64,000 nt of DNA from Leucoraja erinacea (GCF_028641065.1 NC_073377.1:91698001-91762000), one strand, 5' to 3'; counted from the first letter of the stretch, positions 23,902-37,345 are shown. Numbers and translations: made by a program. Notes: generated by a model not told the origin, from the letters alone.

Positions 23902-26900
23902 ATTTCTTTCACTCCATAGGTGCTGCCTCACCCACTGAGTTTCTCCAGTATTTTTATCTACCATCTTTTTATCAGGCATTTTCCTTAGATACTTTAAAAA
24001 AAAACATAATCGTAGGGTCAGGCAACTTTGGATCGGACTTATTTCTCCTCGGATTTGCTCTACGACACACATTAACAATTGCACAAAAGAAGCCTGGCTG
24101 GATTGCTACAAAGCAAAGAATGTGTCCATTCAAACCTGTTTTAAATGTTTTTCTGGTGCTCACAATAAACAGAGAAACAAATAGTTTCCAATGCCCAGAC
24201 AGTACTCTCTTGTACCTTGTTTTTTTTCGTGCACACATTTCATTCTCATCTATACACCGTCACAAAGGTTCACACAGGTGTGCAGAACTACAATGGAACA
24301 AGTGCTTTTTTTGTTATTGCATAAAATAGCCAAGAACCTGAAGGTTTGTGATGAAATGCCCATTACAAGGTTGAAGCAGACAATGTATTCGTGTGACTAC
24401 AGTATAGCAATCTCAGGTTTACACTTTGCACATTGTCCTGCTAAGTCAGGCAGCTCCCTGCTCCCATCCTGATGATGATGATTTTTCCTGGTTGAGGTTG
24501 AATGGACTTGCTGATTTAACATTAAGGTTCGAAGTATACTCTGGAGCCAAATTATTGCCTTATTATTAAATTCCACTTCCCACAACATAACCACTGCGTC
24601 TGTCTGGAAATAGACACTGCCGGGGAAGAAATTAAACTGCCAGATATGAATGGTAGGCTCTATACTTGAGCAGTTCATTTGAATTCTAACAAAAAATTAG
24701 TGGAAAATTCAAAGTACTTAATTTCAACAATGATCGTTATGAAACTTTAACTCAATGTGAAGGCAAGGAATGAGTGTCATTGCCTATGGTTAGAATAATT
24801 TTGTTCCATGCGGTTTAAACATTCTAAGAAAGTATTCTGTGTCACTGATGCATGCAGATTCCTATCCAAATGGTGGTATTTAGCTAGGACCAGACTTGTA
24901 AAATCTTTGAAAGCCATCAGCACTCTGTATTTCAGTAATCTAGATCAGGATTTCATGCCAGACCTTTGGATAAGTGGTATGTGACAGATCTTCAAAAAAT
25001 ACACCCGTTTTACCAGTGTAGTACTTCACTATCCGAACACACACTTGGTAAAAGTTGGGTTACACGTAGTGTCTTATTTTTAAACTGAAAAAAACTAATA
25101 CATTGATAATCTAATGGTAAATAACAGGCATTCAGGATTTTTATGCTTTTAAAGCAAGTTCCTAAATGTTTGGTATGTAGAAGAAAACATATTCAGATCA
25201 ATATTGCATGTTAAAATGAAAGATGTTATTAATTTTATAAATATATACATTTTGAGTTAGGGAATTTTATGAATGAATCCTCTTGTGAATATCAACATTT
25301 TCTTTCTCCCAAAGGATGAAAGGCAATAAAAAGGTCCTCTACTGATTAATAAAAATCCTGTTTATTCATATACGGACACTGTTTAAAATTAGTGGCAGCC
25401 AGTGTGTCTGCAGATGAATTTACATTGGGCTGTTTAGATTGGCTTCAGGACTGTAATAATTTATAACAGTTACAACATAAATGCTTGCTAACACAAATGG
25501 AACCTTTTTTTAAGTTGCAAAGTTTTTCTATTCTGGATTGCAGAATGAAGACTTATGTTTTGTTTTTTTGGTAGGAGCTCAATAAGGCATTTTCTGTGAA
25601 GGAGACCTTGTTAATCCAAGTTTTCACACTACAGTAGCCTGGATAACTCAACATCTTGAAACCGACCAGCTACTTGCGTAACAGAATACGCAGAGGGAAA
25701 ATGAAAAGCAAGTAAATAACAGTTTTATTTATTTTCTCAGGCACGGTAGCATTCTGATGCAATTAATTTAATTTCTAGTGTAAATTTAATAACATCACCA
25801 GCTATAACTGCTTATATTTTATGAAAAGTGAAGCATTTAAATCGGTGGGGATATTCCCTGTAGAACATTTTGCACCTGGAAATGCTTGTTGGGCTGTTAT
25901 GTAATGCTTAACCACTTGGGGTCATGAATGCAGATTCCATTTTGAGTAAAACCCTCTACTGTGCTCCATCCTTTACTAGACTAAAAATGTAATATGTATT
26001 GAAGAAAACACTTTGCCAGAGGTACTTAATATGGAAATAAATTGCTTATGAATAGTGGATTTTCAAATGACCTTTATTGGATACTTAAGCTACCACACTA
26101 TGCTGATTATGGCACTTAAAAAATAAAACTTCATGTCAATTTGTTTGAAGCACGCCAAGTATTAAAAGGTAAAGGCTTCGAAACTGGTGCAACTAAATTG
26201 TGCCTTCCCACCCCTGCTGCCAATTTCAATTGTTATCGAGACCCAATGTCACAGGCACAACTGAACAGATATTAAATGTTGAAGATGGGAACAAGACCAT
26301 GTTTGGGAGTTCTAATGGAGAGGAAATTACAGTGGAGCAAGTAGGTCAGGATAGGTCACTGAAGGAAATAAATTAACAGGATGGGGATTATTGACAAGAA
26401 TTGGGACTGGGCGTGATAATCAGGGAAGTAGCCGGGGTGGATGTAGTATAATGATTGGAACATCCTCTATTGGGGTCTCAGGGAACCACCAATTTGTGTT
26501 CCTGGTCTTGGGTATGCCAAGACATTGAAGGGACCTTAAAGGGTCCACAAGGATCTTTACTGGGACTTCTGCTCTGTAATATATATGAATGATTTTGATG
26601 ATATTGTAGATGGCCTGTTAATTAAATTTATAGACGGCATAGTTGCTCCTCTAATACCTGTTCACTATTGGGGGTTGGTGGGAGGGGCATTATTTGCATA
26701 TGCACTGGATCCGGAACAATTAAATCCTTACTTGGTGCAGGTTTTCAAGCACATTAACACAGTAACGTGCATCAAATATATATACAATAAACAATTATGC
26801 AATTCATTATTAGCTTGATCTCAGCAGTCAATAGTTCTTTTTTTCCAACTGGAGCCTCAATATCTCAACAAACGGCATCTCCTAATTAACCTCTGCAAGT

Positions 26901-26929
26901 TCTCCCAACAAGGATATTGATGTATAGAT

Positions 26930-27295
26930 GTAGAGAAGTTATGTTGCAACTGTGAAATCTTTGGTTTAGCTGCATTTGGAATATTGTGTGCAGTTCTGCA
27001 TGCCACACTTTGGAGAGAGTGCAGAAGTGTATTAGTGATAGTGAGAGGCTGGACAAACTTTGATTAATTTCTCTGTAGCATGGATAGGCCGAGTGATGAT
27101 AAAATTATAAGAGGCATGGATTGGGTTATAAAATTATAAGAGGCATGGATTTGTCTCAGGATTGAAATGTCAAATGCTAACGGTATAGGTTTAGGATGAG
27201 GGGGCAATTTATGAAGGAGATATATGATGCAAATGTTTATTTTTTCTGAGAGTGGTAAGACCTGGTGGGATGAAGGGCTAGTTCCTATGTTTTAT
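26930..27295 (+). mobile_element. Decayed CR1 3' fragment
   Basis: ttggaatattgtgtgcagttctg, ggagagagtgcagaag, gaagggc..gttcc. Confidence 0.7.
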
Positions 27296-27614
27296 CTAAT
27301 AGCATTACATTTCTCTCTGCTGAATGGAGTAGCTGAGAGTTCACTGCCAATTTAATTACACGTGAAGGCTTAGCAATATTTACAGTGTCCTTTGTACGGT
27401 GACATTTATGAATCTGGCACGGAAAGTATTGGGGAAAATGAAACAGACCACACATTATAACCAATCCATATTTCCCTTAGCCCTCCTTGCAAATCATCTA
27501 CTTACAAGAAAGGGATAGCAATCACAACTCCATGAATTTTAAAATCGTTTTGAATAGGCACAGATCTGGATGTTGGGGGAAGGTATTTAATTGTGCCAAG
27601 GAACATTACAATGT

Positions 27615-28930
27615 CATTAGGCAGTAGCTAAAGAGGTTAGATTGGAATCTGTTGTTATTAGGCAAGTCCGCAGAGGACATGTTGCAGTCGTTTAACGGCC
27701 AGCTGATTAAAGTGCAGGATCAATATGTTCCAGTAAGGAGGAGAGTTAAGCACAACATGGCAAGGGCACCGTGGATGTCCAAGAAGGATGTAAACTTGGT
27801 CAGGAAGAAAAAGGAAGTGTTTGTCAGCTTTAAAAACAAAGCATCAGATGGGTCTTATGAGAAATATAAATCATGTAGGAAAAAAACAAGTGGGTGATCA
27901 GAAGGGGCCATGAAATGTTATTGGTGAGTTGGATTAAGGAAAATCCCAAAGCTTTTTATACGTACATTAAAAGTAAGAGGAGAACAGGGACAAGGTAGGT
28001 CCACTCAAAGATAAAGGAGGGAATCTATGCTTGGAGTCGAGTCGAATCATCATGTCATGGAGTGATATAGTGTGGAAACAGGCCCTTCAGCCCAACTTGC
28101 CCACCCACACTGGCCAGCATGCCCTAACTACACTAGTCCCACTTGCCCGCATTTGGTCCATATATTCCAAATGAGTCCTATCCATGTACCTGTCTAACCG
28201 CTTCTTAAATGTTGAGGTAGTCCCTGCCTTAACTACCTCGTCTAGCAGCTTGTTCCATACACCCCAAACCCTTTGTGTAAAAAAGTTACCTCACAGATTC
28301 CTATTAAATCTTTTCCCCTTCACCTTAAACCTATGTCCTATGGTCCTCGATTCACCTACTCTGGGCAAGAGACTTTGTGCCTCTACCCGATCTATTCCTA
28401 TCATGACTTTATACAGAAGATGTAGGTGAGGGAACAAATAAATACTTTGCATGTATGTGCTGAGGAGAAGGACTTGGAGGACAGCAAAGTCAGTGCGGAG
28501 AATACAAATATACTAGGGCAGTTGGAGATCAGGAGCTGAGGTTCATAAACAACAGCAATGTGTATAAGTTCCCAGGGCCTGATGAAATAATAATTAACGG
28601 ATTTACTATTCCCTCAATAATCCCAGGTTGTGGGGGCCTTAACAAGGATCTTTCTTCTCCAGCCACAGGCAAGGTTCCCAGAAGACTGGAGAGTGCCCAA
28701 AGTTGTTGTTTAAGAAAGGAAGTAGAGAGAATCCGGGGAATTATAGGCAAGTGAGCCTCATGTCAGTGATAGGGAAACTACACTCGAGATAGGATTTATT
28801 CCCATTTGGAAGCGAATGGCCAAATTTGGGATTGCCAGGATGGCTATGTAGACGGCAGGTCGTGTGTCACTAACATGATTGAGTTTTTTTAAGAGGTGAC
28901 AAAGGGGATCGATGGGGGTCAAGCAGTATC
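27615..28930 (+). mobile_element. CR1 ORF2 internal fragment, split by a reverse CR1
   Basis: APWMSK, IKENPKAFYTYIKSK, PGPD, VPEDWR, NPGNYRQVSL.SV.GKL, GRSC.TN.IEFF. Confidence 0.85.
28045..28414 (-). mobile_element. CR1 3' fragment nested in CR1
   Basis: Reverse complement of the 3805-4028-type 3' end. Confidence 0.85.
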
Positions 28931-28954
28931 TGCAGTTCCTACAGCAGTTCCATC

Positions 28955-29519
28955 TGTATATATGTATATATGTATGTAGCGCCGCAGAATTTGTGCACCT
29001 ATTCCCCCCCCATCTCCCTTCTGTTTTTTTTTTTTTTTTTTTTTAAATATTTTATTTTATTAGAAGTAAGCACAGTCATATGGCACCAAAGTGCCTAATA
29101 TATATTTTCATAATACATTTTACGTACAACTTTTTTTTTTGTTACATTGAAAAAAGATGAGAATAAGAAGAAGAAGTTAGATAGTAAAGGATAGAAAAAT
29201 GTGAAATATATAGTGTGTGAAGAAAGAAAACGAGTAAATGAAGAAAGTTGAGAGAGAAAATAGTGAAAAGAAAAGGAGATCATTATTTATAGTCTTGACC
29301 AACCCTCGTCCAGTCCTGAAACAGTTATTTTTTACAATTGTGTTGCACCATATGATTCCAAAAAAAAGACGAATGGAGACCAACTCGTTATGAATTGGTC
29401 TGATTTATCCATTTTCTGTTTCTTGTTTTTTGTGCTAAATTGTATGTATGCACTGAGTACGAGCAGCTTTCAGTTTCACTGTACATGTATAGTGACAATA
29501 AATGGCATATCTATATCTC
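28955..29519 (+). mobile_element. Rex1-like 3' tail fragment split by an L1/Tx1 3' end
   Basis: tttcactgtacatg..gtgacaataaa + (ATATCT) tail. Confidence 0.55.
29024..29412 (-). mobile_element. L1/Tx1-like 3' end with poly(A)
   Basis: T-run at 29024-29044 with reverse AATAAA; TTCTGTTT duplicated on both sides. Confidence 0.6.
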
Positions 29520-29559
29520 AGGGGTGGGCAGGGCAGGGTGGGTGAGGGGAAGGAATTGT

Positions 29560-30540
29560 CAACGATTCATGTTGAGACCCTGAAGGACAGAGTGTGGAGA
29601 GAAGTTGGCCAGTATAAAGATGAGAGGGGGAATGGTGAGACAGGGGCTAGTAGGTGATTGATGGACTGAGGAGTGGTGTGGGATGGTAGGTGAAAGGTGT
29701 CAGGTTGGGGAGGGGGAGGTGTAAAATTTGGAGATAGAAGCACTTTGTAGAAGGGTCTCGACCCGAAACATCACCCATTCCTTCTCTCCAGAGATGCTGC
29801 TTGTCCAGCTGAGTTACTCCAGCATTTTGTGTCTGTCATCAGGAATAGCAAATTGGGGAGACGGTGAAGATGGAGACAGAGGCAGGAGGAAGATAAGTGG
29901 GGACACAAAGGCTACAAATCATCGGAAGATGATGCTGGGAACCATTTACTGGAGAGCTAAAGGGCACGTGGAAGCAGAAGGTGGAGGGGATCTAGTGGGT
30001 AAAGTGGATCAACAGTAGGTGGATGCAACCAGGTTGGGGAAGGCATAAAATGTGGATTATCATGTGGCTGAATGTGGGGAGGTATGGGAAAGAGAATATT
30101 GGAAGGAGAGAGAAAGGAAAGCACAGAGGTAAGGGTTACTTGAAATTGGAAAAGTCAATGTTCATACCAATAGGTTATTGTCTACCCAGTGGGAATAGGC
30201 TGTGTTGTTCTTCTAGTTTGTGCTGGGCACACCCGGGCAGTGGAGAAGGCCAGAAATGGGCAGGTTAGTTTGAAATAACATGCAAACCAGTCATCTAGTC
30301 TGTGCTTGTTCTCGCTAATGTACAGGTGGCCACATTGGGATTACGGAATACAGTAGATGAGGTTAGAGGAGCTGCATGAGAATCTTGACCTCAACTGGAA
30401 GGGGTTATTTAGTCAAACATGAAGGCATTGTTATTATAAATTGTTACATTTAATTTTGTCCTGAGGGCTGCAAATTGCCCAGCTGGATAATGAAGAGCTG
30501 TTGCTCAAGCTTCGATTGGTCTTCACTGCAATACGGTGAA
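29560..30540 (-). mobile_element. Decayed Penelope-like 3' regions (GIY-YIG remnants), with a + strand terminal repeat at 29748-29835
   Basis: Reverse of ggtatgaacattgacttt at ~30150; agaagggtctcgacccgaaacatcacc on +. Confidence 0.65.
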
Positions 30541-30729
30541 AACGGGCAAGAGCAGGTTGTCTGACCCCTCAAATCTAATTTAACAAGATCACGGCTGATT
30601 TACGACTGCAACATGTTCTTATCCCATCCTCATATCCTTGATTCCACTGATACACATCAATCTCAGTATTAGATGCAGTCCATGACAGAGTCTCCACAAT
30701 CCTCCAAGGTAGAGAATTCTAAAGATTTA

Positions 30730-31841
30730 AGGGCCTGTCCCACTGCGGCGACCTAATTCGCAACTTTAGAAGCGTTTGCCCTCGACTCATACTCGCAGCA
30801 TGGTCGACACAAGGTCCTCGGAGGTCTTTGTAACTCTCCTGCATGCTCGAGAGCAGTCTCGCGTAATCGAGGCCTCAGCAAGGTCGTAGTATCTTTTAAA
30901 AAATGCTGAAAAATGCCTGCGAGTAAAATAAGGTCGCCAGTGGAAAAATTGATTTATTTTACTCGTAGGTTTAGTCGAGGTAGGTCGTAGTAGGTCGGCA
31001 TGTAATTCGTAGGTAATCAAAGGCAATCAAAGGTAATCGAGGGTAGTCGAAGGTAAAACTCATTGAGAAAAAAAAGGTAAGTAAACCGACTGGTAATGTT
31101 AAATCCCTGCTAAACTTTATTAAACGTTGTCTGGCTTCTTAAAAGTGTCTTCTCCCCCTTTTCTTCTCTCCCCTTTTCCCCCCCTTTTCTCCCCGCCCCT
31201 CACCCCGCTCTCACCCCGCCTCCCCCCGCCTTCTCCCCGCCTCCCCCCGCCTTCTCTCCCCGCCTCCTCCCCCCCCTCTCACCCCCCTTCTCACCCCGCC
31301 TTCTCTCCCCCTTCTCTCTCTCCCCTTCTCTCCCCCTCTCTCCCCGCCTTCTCTCCCCGCCTCTCTCCCCCCTCTCTCTCCCCCTCTCTCCCCCATTCTC
31401 ACCGGCGGCTATTCCCCTCTCATCTCCCCACATTATTTTCCCCTCTACCCCCCCCCCCCCCCATACTACCCCACCCGGGCTCTCTAAAGGACCCACCATA
31501 ACTGTGCCAGCTGTCTTTTATTTTGCAGTTCATCGCGGGTGTGAACTTCAGACAGCACTCTCCCCTTTCCCTGNNNNNNNNNNNNNNNNNNNNNNNNNNN
31601 NNNNNNNNNNNNNNNNNNNNNNNNNNNNNNNNNNNNNNNNNNNNNNNNNNNNNNNNNNNNNNNNNNNNNNNNNNNNNNNNNNNNNNNNNNNNNNNNNNNN
31701 NNNNNNNNNNNNNNNNNNNNNNNNNNNNNNTCGCGGTTTCATCGCTGACGATCGATCCAGCGTGAGGTTTTTCAGGCGAGTGCCCTCGAGCTTGAAGGTC
31801 GAAGACAGTCGCTGAAAAGTCGTGTTAGTGTGACAGGCTCT
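30730..31841. mobile_element. Harbinger-type non-autonomous element with C-rich core, spans assembly gap
   Basis: TIRs agggcctgtcccact / agtgtgacaggctct; TTA TSD 30727-29 and 31842-44; host CR1 3'UTR rejoins. Confidence 0.82.
31574..31730. other. Assembly gap (157 N)
   Basis: N run. Confidence 0.99.
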
Positions 31842-31934
31842 TTACTGCCCTCTGAGTAAAGAAATCTAAGATGACTTGCCCTTTATTTTGAAGAATAAGC
31901 CTTGCTTCTAGACAGTTAGAGAAACATTATCCCC

Positions 31935-33040
31935 ACGGAGTCATGGAGTCAAAGAGCATGGGAATAGTCCTTTTAGCCCAACTCGACCAAGATACCCCAT
32001 AAATATTTATCCCATTTGCCATGATTGGCCCATGTTCCTCTCTCTTATCCATGTCCAAGTGCCCTTTGAATGTTGTTACAGTACTTGCTTCAAGGACTTC
32101 TCTGACAACTAATTCCAAATAACCACCACACAGAGTGAAAAGGTTGCCTCTCAGGTTCCTACTAAATGTTTCCCCCCTCATCTTAAACCTTTGGTTTTTG
32201 ATTCCCCCACCATTGGTAGAAGAGTCTGCACATTTATCCTATGAATTCCCCTAATGATTTTACACATCTCTATAAGATCACCCCTGTGGCTCCTGTTTCC
32301 CAGTGAATAAAGTCCTAGCATGCCCAACCTCTCTCTGTAGCTCAGGCCTGCAGTCCTGGACACATCTTCCTATATCTTCTCTGTACTCTTTCCAACTTAA
32401 TGAAATACATCCCGTAGCAGAGTGACCAAAATTGGGCACAATGCTCCAAATGCTGCCTCACCAACATCTTGTATAATTGTAACATAATGTCCCATCTTCT
32501 ATTCACAATAGAAACACAAGGAACTGCTGATGATGGTTTACATGTCCTTGACTTGACTTGATGATGGTTTAGATGTCCTGGAGTAACTCAGCGGGTCAGG
32601 CTGTACCTCTGAAAATATGAATAGGTGACGTTTTGGGTTGTGACCCTTCTTCTGACCAGAAACATCACCTCCAGAATGCTGCCTGGCCCACTGAGTTACT
32701 GCAGAAGTTTCTGTGTTCTTTATTCTACTCAATACCCTGTCTGATGAAGGCTGATGATGTACCAGAAAACCTTTTTACCATCCTATATACCTGTGATGCC
32801 ACTGTCAGGGACTGTTTACCTGTACTCATGGATCCCTCTGCTACACATTCACTGCAAAGATCTACCTTGGTTTGATTCTCAAAACCTTGTATAACTGCAT
32901 TAAACTCCATCAACCATACCTCAGGTCACTTGCCCAGCTGCCTAGGATCCTGCTGAAAATGTTGATAATGTCTTCATAGTCTACTATACCATCTACGTCA
33001 ATGTCATCTGCATGCCTTCTACATTCATATCTAACCTCGT
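31935..33040 (-). mobile_element. CR1 3' region split by a Penelope-like inverted terminal fragment (~32510-32722)
   Basis: GLSYRERL..LGLYSL..RGDLIE; insert carries head-to-head ggagtaactcagcggg...ccactgagttact. Confidence 0.8.
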
Positions 33041-33612
33041 CAAGCCCTGTAAACATGTATGTTTCCATGAGATGACCTCTCATTCTTATAAACTTTGGAT
33101 GAACACACCCTTCTCTCAGCCATCACCACACTTTTTAAGCCTAGCCTAATCAATCTCTTCTTATATACCCTCTATCTCAGTTGGGTGTATCTATGTTGCA
33201 CCCCACCTGTTGCAAGTATATTCTTTTTTTAGGTGAGGAAACCAAAATTCTATATTATGCTTTGGGTGTAGTCTCAACAAGCCCTTGTATAATTATAGAA
33301 ATTATTCTTGTACTCGTCATTTTCACAAAAGGGCCCACATACCATTTATATCCCTCATTACCTGTACAACAAGGACACAGACACATTTGAACTAATATTT
33401 CCCCATCTCACATCATTTGAAATTACTCTTTTTTTCCCCATTGAAATGGATAACTTTGTATTTTTTATCATTGAATTCCATCAGACATGTTGTTGGCAAC
33501 TCTCTCAGCTTGTCTATTTCCCCTGAGCTCCTTTGCATCCTCATTCTACATAATTTTGTGCCATGGAAATGTCATATAACAAATACAGAAAATACTGGAA
33601 GCACTCAACATC

Positions 33613-33915
33613 GTTTAGTTTAGTTTAGAGATACAGCATGGAAACAGGTCTTTAGGTCCGCCAAGTCCCAAACACCGACCAGCGATCCCCGTACACTCGC
33701 ACCATCTTACATATTATGGACAATTTACAATCCTTACCGTAGCTAATTAACCTACAAACTTTAATGTCTTTGGAGTGTGGGAGGAAACCGGAGCACCTGA
33801 GAAAACACATGCGGTCAAGGAAAGAACGTACAAACTCCATATAGATAGCACCTGTAGTCAGGATTGAACCCGAGTCTCTGGCGTTGGAAGGCAGTAACTC
33901 TACCGTTGTGCCACC
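33613..33915 (-). mobile_element. V-SINE
   Basis: Full reverse complement of the family. Confidence 0.88.
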
Positions 33916-33952
33916 TTACTACCCGAACTGTTCAAACAGCAGCTGTGAATAA

Positions 33953-35002
33953 TGGGCCTGTCCCACTAGGCGACTTTTTAGGCGACTGCAGAAGACTATG
34001 CAGTCGCCACATGGTCACCACATATTCACAGGTGGTTGCCGGGGAGTCACCTTCATGGTCGTGAGAAGTTCCCGCATTCTGGGAACTAGTCGCGGCCTCA
34101 TTATGGTCACCGCAAATGTTTCAACATGTTGAAAAATTAGCGGCGACTAGAATGAAGCCGCCATGGAGAGTAGCGAGAATTCTCGTGCCGTAGGAGGGTC
34201 GCCAGGAGGTCAAAGGTTCTCGGGGGTTCTCGTAGGTTGTAGCCAGTGCTGACTGGTGAATCTCATTGGCTCATTGGGGAAAAAAATCGTAAGCAGTAGT
34301 TTTCAGAACCACAGATAACCGATCGGTAATGTTAATGTCCGCCGAGCTTCACAGCTGTGTATCTCTGGCTTCTTAAAAATTGTCTCTCCATCATTCTCCC
34401 CCTTTCTCCCCCCTTTTCTCTCCCCCCCCCTCTCTCCCCCCCTTCTCTCCCCCCCTTCTCCCCCCCTTCTCTCCCCCCCTTTCCCCCCCCCTCTCTCCCC
34501 CCCCCTTCTCCCCCCCCTCCCCCCCCTTCCCCCCCCCTCCCCCCCCTTCTCTCCCCTCCCTCCCCCCCCCCCCTCTCCCCCCCCCTCCTCCCCCCCATTT
34601 CTTTTAAAGGACTTACCGTACACTGGGAAAAAAACGTAAGCTGTAGTTACCGACCGGTAATGTTAAATGTCCGCCGAGCTTCTCAGCCGTGTATCTCTGG
34701 CTTGTAAAAAGTCTCCACTCCTTTTCCCCACTTCTTCTCCCTTCTCACTCCCTCTTTTAAAGGACTAATTACCATACATGTGTGTCTGTATCACCTTGGC
34801 TTTGCACCGTGTGAATTTCACTCAGACAGCGCTATCCCCGCTTGCCTTGTCCCCCGCCTGCATAACAGGCTGGTGAAGGAAGCAATACACGTACGTGTGT
34901 GTGTTGTTCCACTCTGACAGTCGCTGTTCCAGTTGCCGGTTTTTCAGGCAACTGCCAGCAACTTGACAGTCGCTGACAGTCACCTGAAAAATCGCCGGCT
35001 CA
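33953..35002. mobile_element. Harbinger-type non-autonomous element (same subfamily as 47477-48287, opposite orientation)
   Basis: TAA + tgggcctgtcccact; right TIR partly deleted; internal duplication ~34277-34400 vs 34625-34770; C-rich core. Confidence 0.8.
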
Positions 35003-35264
35003 ATAAGAAACAGTGAGCATAACAGGTCTGGACAATTCAACTGAATGCTGAGTGTTTCCAGCATTTTCTGTTTATATTTCAGATTTTTAGCTTTCACAGA
35101 TTTTCTTTGCATGTTTATTTATTGGTAATGTTATATTTGGTTCTCACATCCAGCCTGTTAAGAGAGCCGGTAAATAGTAGTGGCCCAAGCAGTGAACTTT
35201 GTGTTACCCCACTAATCAGAGCCAACCATACTCTCCTTTTTGTTTCACCACCTGCACTTGTGTA

Positions 35265-35555
35265 TTACCTACAATTCCACATGCTCCAACTTCAAGTTCC
35301 TGGATGTAAAGATCACCAACAATTTGACCTGATCCAACCACAATGGTCAAGAAAGCACACCAATACCTATACTTTCTCGGAAGACTAGGGACATTTGGCA
35401 TGTTCCCAATGAATCTTACCAATTTCTACAGATGTACCGTTGAAAGTATCCAATTGACATATATCACAGCTTGGTGTGGCAACAGCTCTGCCCAAGATCG
35501 CAAGAAACTGCAGGAAGTTGTGGAAGCAGCCCAGTCCTTCATGTAAACCAGCCTT
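35265..35555 (+). mobile_element. Rex1-like RT C-terminal fragment
   Basis: KKAHQYLYFL..L...NFYRCTVES..TYITAW.GN...DRKKLQ.VV. Confidence 0.8.
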
Positions 35556-35944
35556 AAATGTGATGATAATAAACTAATCTTTGTGAATGTCTTTGGCACA
35601 AATATTCAGTAACATTAGAAATATTAAGGAATAAAAATATTTGAGAAAACTAAAATATTATATTTTTAACATTGAAAACACACCCACACTTTTAAAATTA
35701 TTGAAACCAACTTAAAGAAATAATAAAAACAAGTCTGAGGCAGGAGAGACTCTGTTCCTGAGTCTGGCTTTCAAGGTGTTGTACCTTTTGCCTGACGGGA
35801 GAGAGGAGAAGAGTGAATCACTTGGGTGTGAATGATCTTTGACTGAGGTACAGTGAAAATGTTTGGTTGTGTGCTATCCAGCCAAAAAGACTATACATAA
35901 ATACAGTCAAGCCATCCACAGTGCTCAGATAAATAATAAACGGT

Positions 35945-36620
35945 AGGTTTCATGTCACAGTTGTACATGACATTGATGAGGTCAAATTTAGGGCATTGTG
36001 TTCAGTTTTGGTTACCCTGTAATAGGAAAGATGGAAAGGGTGCAGAGAAGATTTATGAAGATGTTGCCAGGACTTGAGGGCCTAAGCTATAGGAAGAGGT
36101 TGAGTAGGCTAGCACTTTATTCCGAGGAGCGCAGGAATCTGAGGGGTGATCTTACAGAGGTATATACAAGGTCATGAGAGGAATAGATAAGATAAATGCA
36201 GTCTTTTACCCAGATTAGGCTAGATGGGCTAGATGCAGGAAGATTGTTCCCGATGTTGGGGAAGTCCAGGACAAGGGGTCACAGCTGAAGGATAGAGGGG
36301 AAATCCTTTAGGACCGAGACGAGAACATTTTTTTTTCACACAGAGAGTGGTGAATCTCTGGAACTCTCTGCCACAGAAGGTAGTTGAGGCCAGTTCATTG
36401 GCTATGTTTAAGAGGGAGTTAGATGTGGCCCTTGTGGCTAAAGGGATCAGGGGGTATGGAGAGAAAGCAGGTACGGGATACTGAGTTGGATGATCAGCCA
36501 TGATCATATTGAATGGCGGTGCAGGTTCGAAGGGCCGAATGACCTACTCCTGCACCTATTTTCTATGTTTCTATGTTTCTATTAGAATCAAGAACCAGAG
36601 GACATAGGTTCAAGGTGAGG
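35945..36620 (+). mobile_element. CR1 3' fragment with younger CR1 nested at 36219-36580
   Basis: ATTAG TSD 36214-18 / 36581-85; (TTTCTATG)n tail on inner copy. Confidence 0.85.
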
Positions 36621-37101
36621 GGAAGGGGGAGAAGGGCTCAAGGACAAGTTCTCCATGGGTTAAATACACAATTAAAATTTTGTTTATTTTATTCATTAGT
36701 TTCAACTGCCCAGTTTCCACTCCAGTAACATTAGCAACTCAGACCTTCAACAACTTACCACACAAGAATGTGTGGGGAACACGCATAGATGAGCCTGTCC
36801 AATGGAAGATGCCAGTAGAAACTCGACCACGGCAAAATGCAGCCCAATATTTGGGTTGGCTGTTTAGTGGAATAATGTTACACAGCAGTCCTACAGATGG
36901 GAAGTTAAACTGTGGTCCCTCTAATGTGGATATAACAGGTTCCTTGGCTGCATTCAAAGAGCAGTGAGGAATTTCCAAACATGGATCAAAGAGCTGAATT
37001 CCAGAGATGAGATGAGACTGACTGCCCTAGTAAAACTGAAGCTAATGAGCATGAATGGGTAAGAATCCCAGTGGCTGGAGTCGCACAAAAGAAGATGGTT
37101 A

Positions 37102-37345
37102 AGGGCCTGTCCCACGTTGCGATTGTTTCGGCGACTGCCGGCATCATATCAGGGTCGCCAAAAGATTTTGAACATTTCAAAATCCAGCGACGACAAAAAA
37201 ATGTTGCGACAATTGAAAAAACAAAGCGCATCATATGTCATCACACCACGTCACGCCGCATCACACCGCAAATTTTTTGGTGACCTGATACATCAGTCCA
37301 TGATGCCGGCAGTCGCCAAAAAAATCGCCAAGTGGGACAGGTCCT
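37102..37345. mobile_element. Harbinger-type MITE (244 bp)
   Basis: TIRs agggcctgtcccac / gtgggacaggtcct; TTA TSD 37099-101 and 37346-48. Confidence 0.88.

Noticed and set aside
31127-31501. Pro-rich and Gly/Glu/Arg-rich ORFs (also 34303-34707, 57581-58019, 62043-62381)
   Set aside because: Translations of C-rich/G-rich low-complexity cores of MITEs and Helitrons.
31504-31815. ORFs spanning X residues
   Set aside because: Artefacts of the N gap.
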